This document shows, piece by piece, positions 55,903 through 64,000 of a DNA stretch of 64,000 bases. The position numbers and the translations under genes were made by a program. The first letter of the stretch is position 1, and the number at the start of each line of letters is the position of its first letter. Origin of the DNA: an uncultured Gammaproteobacteria bacterium (GTDB taxonomy: Bacteria; Pseudomonadota; Gammaproteobacteria; Steroidobacterales; Rariloculaceae); contig CAWEOP010000001.1 in assembly GCA_963810755.1 (NCBI GenBank), forward strand, positions 89,807 through 153,806, read 5' to 3'. The notes beneath the pieces were generated by a model. That model ran no database searches. It was not told the DNA's origin and saw only the letters and a program-made list of their open reading frames with translations.

Positions 55903-56226
55903 ATTATCTAGCCGCGATCCTGGATCCCGTTCCTAGAAACCCTGTGGCACGAGTGCGCTGGTCGATTGGAGAGCGACATGAAATCGATACGGCCAATGAT
56001 CTACATCATGGTGTTTACGCTACTTCTCGGCGGGTGGCGCCACGTTGTACGCGCTCGCCTCCTCACGCTTTGATGAGCGCCCATTCGGGACGTTCGAGCG
56101 ACGACCAGAAAACAGCGTAGGCGTTGCGCAAGCGTTCTGCGTGGCAGGCAGTACGTACTTGTTCTTATCGACCGAGGCGAGCTACTCGATCGATCCTGAC
56201 CACCCAGTCGATCGCGGAGAATCTAT

Positions 56227-56427
56227 ATGACTATCGATCGCGCCGTTCTCGCCTTTGCCGGCACGGTAGTGCTGATCAGCCTCGTCCTAGGCATTTACGT
56301 CCACTACAACTGGTTCTGGTTGACCGCTTTCGTCGGTGCAAACCTGCTGCAGTCGTCGTTCACGGGTTTCTGCCCGCTGGCAATCATCCTGAAGAAGCTG
56401 GGCGTCCGTCAGGGCGCCGCATTCTGA
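56227..56427 (+). CDS. DUF2892 (YgaP-like) small membrane protein
   Basis: 66 aa with two TM helices. R..L..AG..V.....L.........W.....F.G.NL.QS.FTGFCP pattern. Confidence 0.8.
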   Translation: MTIDRAVLAFAGTVVLISLVLGIYVHYNWFWLTAFVGANLLQSSFTGFCPLAIILKKLGVRQGAAF

Positions 56428-56458
56428 TGACTTCGGACGCGCGACCACGTCGATCTTC

Positions 56459-57526
56459 GTGAGCCGCGAGCGAACTCGCTATTCGCGTCGTATCGCCGCC
56501 TCGTTAACGGTGCTCTCTGTGGCGCTTGGCGCAAAGCTGCTCCATGCCGCCGAGCCGCTGCCGACGCTAGTCGTCGAGCGCGTGCTGGCACCGCTCGAGC
56601 GCCGCGTCGACGGCACCATCGAGGCCGTCAACCAGGGAACGGTATCCGCTCAGACTTCGGGGCGAGTGATCGAAGTGCTATACGACGTGAACGACTTTGT
56701 GCCGGCGGGCGCCGTGATTATCCGGCTCGGCAGCGCTGAGCAAAAGGCCGGGCTCGACGAGGCGCAGGCCGGGCTGACGGAAGCGACGGCGCGTGACGCC
56801 GAGGCAAGAGCCCGTTTCGATCGCGTCGCCGGGCTGTTCGAAGATCGCGCGGTATCGCGCCAACAATACGATCAGGCGCTGGCCGACCGGGACGCCGCGG
56901 GTGCGAGACTCGTCGCCGCCCGTGCCGCGCTCACGAGCGCTCGCGAAGGCGTGAGCTACACGGAGATTCGGGCGCCCTACGCGGGCGTCGTCACGCGTCG
57001 TCACGTGGAAGCGGGCGAGGCGGTGCGGCCCGGAACGCCGCTCATGAGCGGACTCTCTCTGCAGTATTTGCGGGTTGCCGCCGAGTTGCCACAAAGCGTC
57101 GTCGAGCGCGTGCGCGAGATACGCAAAGCCGCCGTCTATGTCGACGGCCGCCGCGTGGAGGCCAAGAGCTTGACGCTCTCGCCGCAGGCCTCTCCTGAAT
57201 CGAGCAGCTTCCTCGTGCGGCTCGAGTTGCCGGAGAACGCCGCAGCGCTCTATCCCGGCATGTTCGTCAAGGTGGCATTCGTGGTCGGCGAGGCGGAGCG
57301 TTTGCTGATTCCCGCGGACGCCCTCGTCGAGCGCAGCGAGATGACCGCCGTCTACGTCCAAGGCGCCGACGGCGAGGTCGCTCTGCGGCAGTTGCGCCTC
57401 GGCCATCGATTCGAGGACAAAGTCGAAGTGCTTGCGGGACTCGAGTCCGGAGAAACAATCGTCACCGATCCGCTCGCAGCGCTCGAGCACCTGCGCAGTC
57501 CCAACGCGCGTAGCGAACCGAACTGA
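56459..57526 (+). CDS. efflux RND transporter periplasmic adaptor subunit
   Basis: GTG start and signal/anchor. Lipoyl and hairpin pattern (..V..G..V..G..L..ld......l..A.A.l..A.a.....) followed by beta-barrel regions. Confidence 0.85.
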   Translation: MSRERTRYSRRIAASLTVLSVALGAKLLHAAEPLPTLVVERVLAPLERRVDGTIEAVNQGTVSAQTSGRVIEVLYDVNDFVPAGAVIIRLGSAEQKAGLDEAQAGLTEATARDAEARARFDRVAGLFEDRAVSRQQYDQALADRDAAGARLVAARAALTSAREGVSYTEIRAPYAGVVTRRHVEAGEAVRPGTPLMSGLSLQYLRVAAELPQSVVERVREIRKAAVYVDGRRVEAKSLTLSPQASPESSSFLVRLELPENAAALYPGMFVKVAFVVGEAERLLIPADALVERSEMTAVYVQGADGEVALRQLRLGHRFEDKVEVLAGLESGETIVTDPLAALEHLRSPNARSEPN

Positions 57527-57528
57527 CC

Positions 57529-60500
57529 ATGGACGCGTCGCCGCTAGGCACGAGCGGACGAATCGCGCGCCTTTTCCTCACTAACGAGCTCACGCCGTTA
57601 CTAGCGGTCGCTGCGATGTTGCTCGGCGTCTTCGCTGTCCTCGTGACGCCGCGCGAAGAAGAGCCTCAGATCGACGTCACGATGGCGAACATCGTCGTGC
57701 CGTTCCCGGGTGCTAGCGCGCCGCAGGTCGAGAGTCTCGTCGCCTCGCCGATGGAGCAGGTGCTCGGCGAGATCGACGGCGTCAAGCACGTGTACTCCGT
57801 ATCCCGCCCGGGCGCCGCCGTCCTCACGGTTCAGTTCGAGGTGGGCGAGGCCCGCAACGAAGCCATCGTTCGCTTGTACAACGCCGTGTACTCGAATCGC
57901 GATTGGCGCCCCGCGGGCCTCGGCGTCCTCGAACCCATCATCAAGCCCAAGGGTATCGACGACGTTCCGGTGTTGTCGCTGACCTTGTGGACGCGCGACG
58001 CGGACCGCGGCGCGCATGAGTTGCGTCAGGTCGCGCACGCGATCGAGGCCGAGATCAAACGCGTTCCCGGAACACGCAACGTGTACACGATCGGCGGACC
58101 GGACGACACCGTGCACGTGTCGCTGGACCCGCAGCGGCTGGCGGGCCATGGTCTGACGGCGCTCGCCCTCGTGCAGTCGCTGCAAGCCGCCAATGTCGTG
58201 TTGCAGGCCGGGGATCTCGTCGGCGTCAAGGGTGTCGCGCCGGTTCAGGCGGGGGAATTCCTAGCGCACCGCGACGACGTGGCGGAAGTCGTCGTCGGCC
58301 TGAAGAACGGCCGGCCCGTGTACTTGGAAGACGTCGCCGACGTTCGCGCCGGACCCGACCAACCCGAGCAATACGTGAAATTCGGCGCCGGCGCGGCGGC
58401 GCTGAGCCGCGGCATCGAATTGGCCGGGGATGCGCCCGCGGTGACCATCGCCGTGTCGAAGCAGCCGGGACGCAGCGCCATCGATGTCACCGATCAGGTG
58501 ATTGCGCGAATTGCGGCGCTTCGGGGCACCTACATTCCCGAAGGCGTCGAGATGACGGTGACCCGCAATTATGGCGACACCGCGAACGACAAGGCGCAAA
58601 AGCTGATTCAGAAGCTGCTGTTTGCCACGGCCTCCGTGATCGTGCTCGTGATCGTTGCGGTGGGCTGGCGCGAGGCGATCGTCGTCGGGACGGCCGTCAT
58701 CGTGACGCTGGCAGCCACGCTGTTCGCCTCTTGGGCATGGGGCTTCACGATCAATCGTGTGTCGCTATTCGCGCTGATCTTCTCGATCGGCATTCTCGTC
58801 GACGACGCCATCGTGGTCGTCGAGAACATTCATCGCCGCCTGCGGCTCGGCGGCGGATCGCCCGACGAGATCGTGCCGCGCGCCGTCGACGAGGTCGGCG
58901 GTCCGACCATCCTCGCGACCTTCACCGTGATCGCCGCGCTTCTCCCGATGGCGTTCGTGAGCGGGCTCATGGGTCCGTACATGGCTCCGATCCCGATCAA
59001 CGCGAGCATGGGGATGCTGATCTCGTTGGCCGTCGCGATCGTGTTTACGCCGTGGTTGTCGCGTCGGCTGCTCGGCGGGCTGCGGCCTGCACCGGGCGGG
59101 CATGATGCCGGGCAAGCGCGGCTCGACCGGCTCGCGGCAACCGTGCTCGGCAAGTTTCTGCGCGGCGCCGCGAGCCGCAAATACCGCCATCGCCTATATG
59201 CGGGAATCGGCATCGCGATCCTCCTCGCGATCTCGCTCGCCGGCGTGCAGTGGGTCGTCATGAAGATGCTGCCGTTCGACAACAAGTCCGAGTTCCAGAT
59301 CGTCGTCGACATGCCGGAGGGCACCGCGCTCGAGAGCACGGCGCGCGTGCTGGACGAGCTCGCCGCGGCCGTCGCGGCCGTTCCGGAAGTGACCGATTAC
59401 CAGATCTACGCCGGCACGGCCGCACCGATCAACTTCAACGGTCTCGTGCGCCAGTACTACCTGCGTACCGGCCCGACGGTCGGCGACATCCAGGTGAACC
59501 TGACCGACAAGCATGAGCGGGACCGGCAGAGTCACGACATCGCGATCGCCGCCCGGCCGATGCTCGCCGAAATCGGGCGACGCTACGGCGCGACGGTACA
59601 GGTAGTCGAGGTGCCGCCGGGTCCTCCGGTGCAGGCGCCGATCGTCGCCGAGATCTATGGCCCGTTCTACGAAGCGACGCGCACAGTCGCCTTGAAGGTC
59701 CGTGACGTGTTCACGGCGACACCGGACATCGTCGACGTCGATTCGAGCATCGAAGCTCCTGCGAGGCGCTTCGTCGTTGCGGTGGACCGCGGCAAAGCCG
59801 CGGTGCTCGGAGTGAGTCAGGAAAGCGCGGCGAGAACGCTCGCGCTCGCGCTGTCGGGTGGGGACGTCACCTACCTTCGCGCGGGTCGGGAGCGCTATCC
59901 AGTGCCGGTGCGCCTCGAGCTGCCGGTCGCCGAGAAAGGCGACCTCGGCGACGTGCTCGCCCTGGAAGTACCGTCCACTCGCGGCATCGGAATCCCGCTC
60001 TCGGAAATCGTCACCGTTCGCGAAGCGGTTTGGGAAGCCGCGATTTACCACAAGGATCTGCTCCCCGTTGCGTACGTCACAGGCGACATGGCGGGCGACA
60101 TCGACAGCCCGCTCTACGGAATGTTCAGGATCATCGGCCGGCTCGGGGAGAGCGGCGAGGCGATCGAGCAGCGTTTCATTACGCAGCCCACCGACCCGCA
60201 AGGTTTCTCGATCAAGTGGGACGGCGAATGGCAGATCACCTACGAGACGTTTCGCGACATGGGGCTCGCGTATTCGGTAGGCCTCATCCTCATCTACTTG
60301 TTGGTAGTGGCGCAGTTCAAGTCGTACGCCGTGCCGCTTGTGATCATGGCGCCGATCCCGCTCACCATCATCGGAGTGATGCCGGGTCACGCATTGCTCG
60401 GTGCCCAGTTCACGGCGACTTCGATGATCGGCATGATCGCGCTCGCGGGCATCATCGTGCGCAATTCGATATTGCTCGTCGACTTCATCAATCTCGAGGT

Positions 60501-60738
60501 CGCCGCGGGGCGCGAGCTGACCGATGCCGTCATTCGTGCGGCCGCGGTGCGGGCTAAGCCGATCGTTCTCACGGGGTTGGCGGCCATGGTCGGCGCCTTC
60601 TTCATTCTCGATGATCCGATCTTCAACGGACTCGCGGTGTCGCTGATCTTCGGCATTCTCGTTTCCACCGCGCTCACGCTCATCGTCATTCCGATCCTCT
60701 ACGCGAGCTATTTGCGCAGGTTCGGAGTCGCCCCATAA
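57529..60738 (+). CDS. efflux RND transporter permease (AcrB/CzcA superfamily)
   Basis: 1069 aa. Two repeats of 1+5 TM helices with large periplasmic loops. FSIGILVDDAIVVVENI motif. Confidence 0.9.
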   Translation: MDASPLGTSGRIARLFLTNELTPLLAVAAMLLGVFAVLVTPREEEPQIDVTMANIVVPFPGASAPQVESLVASPMEQVLGEIDGVKHVYSVSRPGAAVLTVQFEVGEARNEAIVRLYNAVYSNRDWRPAGLGVLEPIIKPKGIDDVPVLSLTLWTRDADRGAHELRQVAHAIEAEIKRVPGTRNVYTIGGPDDTVHVSLDPQRLAGHGLTALALVQSLQAANVVLQAGDLVGVKGVAPVQAGEFLAHRDDVAEVVVGLKNGRPVYLEDVADVRAGPDQPEQYVKFGAGAAALSRGIELAGDAPAVTIAVSKQPGRSAIDVTDQVIARIAALRGTYIPEGVEMTVTRNYGDTANDKAQKLIQKLLFATASVIVLVIVAVGWREAIVVGTAVIVTLAATLFASWAWGFTINRVSLFALIFSIGILVDDAIVVVENIHRRLRLGGGSPDEIVPRAVDEVGGPTILATFTVIAALLPMAFVSGLMGPYMAPIPINASMGMLISLAVAIVFTPWLSRRLLGGLRPAPGGHDAGQARLDRLAATVLGKFLRGAASRKYRHRLYAGIGIAILLAISLAGVQWVVMKMLPFDNKSEFQIVVDMPEGTALESTARVLDELAAAVAAVPEVTDYQIYAGTAAPINFNGLVRQYYLRTGPTVGDIQVNLTDKHERDRQSHDIAIAARPMLAEIGRRYGATVQVVEVPPGPPVQAPIVAEIYGPFYEATRTVALKVRDVFTATPDIVDVDSSIEAPARRFVVAVDRGKAAVLGVSQESAARTLALALSGGDVTYLRAGRERYPVPVRLELPVAEKGDLGDVLALEVPSTRGIGIPLSEIVTVREAVWEAAIYHKDLLPVAYVTGDMAGDIDSPLYGMFRIIGRLGESGEAIEQRFITQPTDPQGFSIKWDGEWQITYETFRDMGLAYSVGLILIYLLVVAQFKSYAVPLVIMAPIPLTIIGVMPGHALLGAQFTATSMIGMIALAGIIVRNSILLVDFINLEVAAGRELTDAVIRAAAVRAKPIVLTGLAAMVGAFFILDDPIFNGLAVSLIFGILVSTALTLIVIPILYASYLRRFGVAP

Positions 60739-60749
60739 GGAGGCTCGTC

Positions 60750-62018
60750 ATGGCGCACATCATCGTTTTGGGAGCAGGAATCGGCGGCGTTCCGAGCGTT
60801 TACGAGTTGCGAAAGCGTCTCGGAAAAGCGCACCGGATCACCTTGATAGGCTCGAGCCCGTTCTTCGAGTTCACGCCGTCGAATCCGTGGATCGCCGTCG
60901 GCTGGCGGACGCGCGAAAAGACCCGCGTGGAGATGGCGGGACCGCTCGCGAAGCACGACATCGACTGGATCCCGCAGCTCGCTACCGCGATCGATGCCCA
61001 GCAATCGACTGTCGCCCTCGCCGACGGACGCGTCCTCAGGTACGACTACCTCGTGATCGCAACGGGTCCGAAGCTCGCATTCGACGAGGTGCCGGGGCTC
61101 GGGCCGGCTGCGCATACGCAGTCCGTCTGCACGCATACCCATGCCGCCGACGCTTGGGAGCGCTATGAGGAGTTTCTGAAGAATCCGGGACCGATCGTCG
61201 TGGGTGCGGCGGCCGGCGCCAGCTGCTTCGGCCCCGCCTACGAATTCGCGATGATCCTCGATACGGATCTGCGCAAACGCAAGCTACGCGACCGCGTTCC
61301 AATGACGTTCGTCACGAGCGAGCCGTATGTCGGCCACATGGGCTTAGGGGGAGTCGGCGACAGCAAAGGGCTCATGGAGGGCGAGTTTCGGCAGCGGCAC
61401 ATCAAGTGGATCACGAACGCGAAGATTCTCGGCGTCACGGCCGGGCAGCTGCAGGCGGCCGAGTACGGCGAGGACGGCGTGATCAAGAAGCAACACGAGC
61501 TGCCTTTTGCGTACAGCATGGTCATACCGGCTTTTCGGGGAGTAGACGCGGTGGCCGCTGTGCCGGGGCTGTGCAATCAACGCGGCTTCGTGATCATCGA
61601 CGCGCACCAACGCAGCCCGAAGTACCGGAACATATTCTCGGCCGGTGTGTGCGTTGCGATCCCGCCGGTCGAATCGACCATCGTGCCCACCGGAGCTCCG
61701 AAGACCGGCTACATGATCGAATCGATGGTAAGCGCGGTCTGTAGCAACATCGCCGCCGAAATCGAGGGTAAGCCCGCAGAGGCTCGCGCCACCTGGAACG
61801 CGATCTGTCTCGCCGACTTCGGCGATACGGGCGCCGCATTCGTCGCCTTGCCGCAAATTCCGCCGCGCAACGTGACTTGGGCAAAGGTCGGCAAGTGGGT
61901 GCACCTCGGTAAAGTCGCCTTCGAGAAGTATTTCCTGCGCAAGGTTCGCACCGGCAACGTCGTGCCGGTCTACGAGAAATACGTTCTCAAGGCGCTCGGC
62001 ATCGAGCCGCTGAAATGA
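60750..62018 (+). CDS. sqr: sulfide:quinone oxidoreductase (type I-like)
   Basis: AAGGAGG (60737-60743) upstream. N-terminal IIVLGAGIGG FAD fold. The three cysteines SVCTHTH, GASCFGPAYEF and NAICLADFG align with my memory of the Acidithiobacillus ferrooxidans SQR, and similarity is near full length. Confidence 0.85.
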   Translation: MAHIIVLGAGIGGVPSVYELRKRLGKAHRITLIGSSPFFEFTPSNPWIAVGWRTREKTRVEMAGPLAKHDIDWIPQLATAIDAQQSTVALADGRVLRYDYLVIATGPKLAFDEVPGLGPAAHTQSVCTHTHAADAWERYEEFLKNPGPIVVGAAAGASCFGPAYEFAMILDTDLRKRKLRDRVPMTFVTSEPYVGHMGLGGVGDSKGLMEGEFRQRHIKWITNAKILGVTAGQLQAAEYGEDGVIKKQHELPFAYSMVIPAFRGVDAVAAVPGLCNQRGFVIIDAHQRSPKYRNIFSAGVCVAIPPVESTIVPTGAPKTGYMIESMVSAVCSNIAAEIEGKPAEARATWNAICLADFGDTGAAFVALPQIPPRNVTWAKVGKWVHLGKVAFEKYFLRKVRTGNVVPVYEKYVLKALGIEPLK

Positions 62019-63321
62019 ACCCGGGCATCGTGAGGCGAGCGGCGTCGCGTCTGGTGGTGTGGCTCGGCGCGGTGACGGCGGTTGCCGCGCGCGGGCGCCG
62101 AGACGCTCGACGACGGGTGGGCTCTCGCCGAGGCGAATGATCTCGGACTCGCGGCTGCGCGAACCGAGGCGGACGCGGCGGAGCTTGATGTGCAGGCGGC
62201 GCGCGGCGAGCGACGCCCCGTGCTGATGGCGACCGGGAGCTTCACTCAGCTGGCGGACGCGCCGGCGTTCAGCTTCGGGGCGATCGCTCTGCCGGAGATC
62301 TTCGACCACGATAACTACGTGCTCGCTGGGCTGAATGTGAACTTGCCTCTCTACACGGGCGGGCGCATTGCAAGCCGGATAGGAGCCGCGGAAGCGGGAG
62401 GCTCGGCACGCAATGCCGCCGCCGAAGCAGCAAAGATGGATTTGCGGCTGGCGGTGGCTGAGAGCTATGTCGCGGTGTTGCGGGCCCAGCGCGCGCTGGC
62501 CGTGGCGCAGAGCAATGTCGCGAGTCTCACGGACTACCTGCGCGATGTGCAATCGATGTTCAATCGCGAGGTCGTGCCGCGCAATGACCTGTTGTCCGCC
62601 CAGGTTGCGTTGGCGAATGCGGAGCAGGGTCGGCTGCAATCGGCCAACGGCCTCGAGCTCGCACGGGCGGCCTACAACCGGCGCATCGGTCAGCCGCTGG
62701 ATCGAGCGTTCGAGCTGAGCCCGATTACGTCGGTGGCCGGGCCGGATCTCGCGGGCGCTGCCGCTCGCGGAGCTTGAAGCCAAAGCGCAGGCAGCGCGTG
62801 CCGAAATCGCCGTGCTCGATGCTCAGGGACAGGCTCTGGGTTACGCAGCGGAGGCGGAGCGCTCCCGCCGGCTTCCGCAAGTCAGTCTGTCAGGTGGGTA
62901 TCAGTATCTCGAGAATGAAGCGCTGGATCGGCAAGAGTTCGCGATGGTGGCCGTCGACTTGAAGTGGGCTGTGTTTGACGGCGGGCAGACACGTAATCGC
63001 AGCGACAGCCTTCGTCTCAGTCAGCGCGCTAACGAGCGGAGGCTTGCGGATTTGCGTTCGATGCTAGCGCTGGAAGTGCGCCAAGCCTGGTACAGCTTGC
63101 AGGAGTCCCGAGCCCGCATCGACGTTGCGCGCGACGCCGTCGAGCAGTCGGAGGAGAGCCTGCGCATCGCGACTCAGCAATACGGAGCGGGCCTCGTCAA
63201 CAGCACGCGCGTGCTCGAAGCGGAGGCCTCGCGCACGTTGAGCCGCAGCAACCGTGAGAATGCGTTGCTCGATGCTGAGGTGGCCCGCATGCGGCTGGCT
63301 CGAGCTGTCGGGGGCCTCTAG
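62015..63321 (+). pseudogene. TolC-family outer-membrane efflux factor, at least 2 frameshifts
   Basis: The ATG overlaps the sqr stop (ATGA 62015-62018). Signal peptide MNPGIVRRAASRLVVWLGAVTAVAA. The frame changes near 62085-62095 and near 62755-62775. Two TolC-like repeats are recognisable (..LRLAVAESYVAVLRAQ.. and ..LALEVRQAWYSLQESR..). Confidence 0.75.
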
Positions 63322-63420
63322 TTTTCGGCATGAAGCCGCCCGTTTTTGGGCAGACTGCGGAGATTGCCGCGTCGGCGGTTGTTGGAAGAGCGGGAGCGGT
63401 TTGCTCACGAAGGAGTTGTC

Positions 63421-63954
63421 ATGATTAGAGGTTCTCAGATACGCAAGCTCGGCTACGCATCCCAGGTCGCGATGGGACTTCTGGTTGCATCGTTCGGGAT
63501 GGGGCTAGCGCTTGCCCAATCGACGGATTTACCGAACCGCAAAGATCCTCTCGAGGGGATTACGACTGCCGGGCAGCCTAGTGGCCAACAGTTCGCGGCG
63601 GCTGCGGCATCCGGCTTCAAATCAGTTATCGATTTGCGCGGACCACAAGAGGATCGCGGCATGGATGAGAAGGCCGCGGTCGAGGCGCTCGGCATGAGCT
63701 ACATTAGTTTGCCCGTCGAAGGCGCCGGCGGCGTTACCTACGGCAACGCGGCTGCGCTGGACAAGCTGCTCGCTGATCTACCGCGTCCGGTATTGATTCA
63801 TTGCAGTACGGGCAACCGCGCTGGCGCGCTCTTGGCTTTGCGAGCGAAGCTCAATGGCGCCGATAGCGAATCGGCGCTCGCCCTCGGGTTGGCAGGAGGC
63901 GTTACAGCCTTGAAGCCAACCGTGGAGCAAAAGCTCGCGCAAGGGCACGATTGA
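63421..63954 (+). CDS. secreted DUF442/TIGR01244-type phosphatase-like (sulfur-transferase-like) protein
   Basis: AAGGAG upstream of the ATG at 63421, signal peptide LLVASFGMGLALA, and CX5R loop IHCSTGNRAG. Confidence 0.75.
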   Translation: MIRGSQIRKLGYASQVAMGLLVASFGMGLALAQSTDLPNRKDPLEGITTAGQPSGQQFAAAAASGFKSVIDLRGPQEDRGMDEKAAVEALGMSYISLPVEGAGGVTYGNAAALDKLLADLPRPVLIHCSTGNRAGALLALRAKLNGADSESALALGLAGGVTALKPTVEQKLAQGHD

Positions 63955-64000
63955 TCGCGCGTAACAGTTCGCCGATCGAACGTCCTGCATTGTCGACACG

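Noticed and set aside
61344-62783. 479-aa reverse-strand ORF
   Set aside because: It is antisense to sqr and the TolC-like gene and has an Arg-rich composition.

Overview
High-GC bacterial chromosome fragment that looks proteobacterial. Single 60-nt lines I counted reach about 83% GC, for example at 17401. I support about 65 protein-coding genes or gene remnants, one tRNA (anticodon CAT) and a few candidate regulatory or terminator sites. I saw no rRNA, CRISPR array, transposase or integrase.

Content from left to right:
1. A six-gene operon (312-4631) joins a MotA/MotB-type stator, a second ExbB-like channel and three secreted proteins of unknown function.
2. A two-gene module (small periplasmic DUF6152-like protein plus a ~260-aa secreted partner) recurs 4-5 times, at about 1.2, 4.7, 28.6, 31.8 and 45.9 kb.
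3. Housekeeping and accessory metabolism: MetE-like methyltransferase, EboE-like TIM barrel, three beta-hydroxyacid dehydrogenase paralogs, Gfo/Idh/MocA oxidoreductase, NUDIX, serine hydrolase, alpha/beta hydrolase, HrpB helicase, Rieske oxygenase, MBL hydrolases, and a YtrA/GntR-ABC operon.
4. A cupin-SorAB sulfite dehydrogenase operon.
5. A MASE1 hybrid histidine kinase with an unusual receiver-TM-periplasmic response regulator.
6. To the right of tRNA-Met (47.5 kb), a visibly lower-GC region carries degraded iorAB, a second SorAB, an unknown three-gene membrane operon and a sulfide-detoxification locus. That locus contains DUF302, TauE, a BigR/SqrR-type ArsR regulator, DUF2892, an RND efflux operon with sulfide:quinone oxidoreductase embedded in it, and a periplasmic DUF442 protein.

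At least 25 frame disruptions interrupt genes that are otherwise well supported by homology. They are strongly clustered at 31.8-33.8 kb and 48.5-49.65 kb. They are either real pseudogenisation or assembly indels, and I cannot tell which from the sequence alone. All family assignments come from motif recognition by eye and memory, not from database searches.
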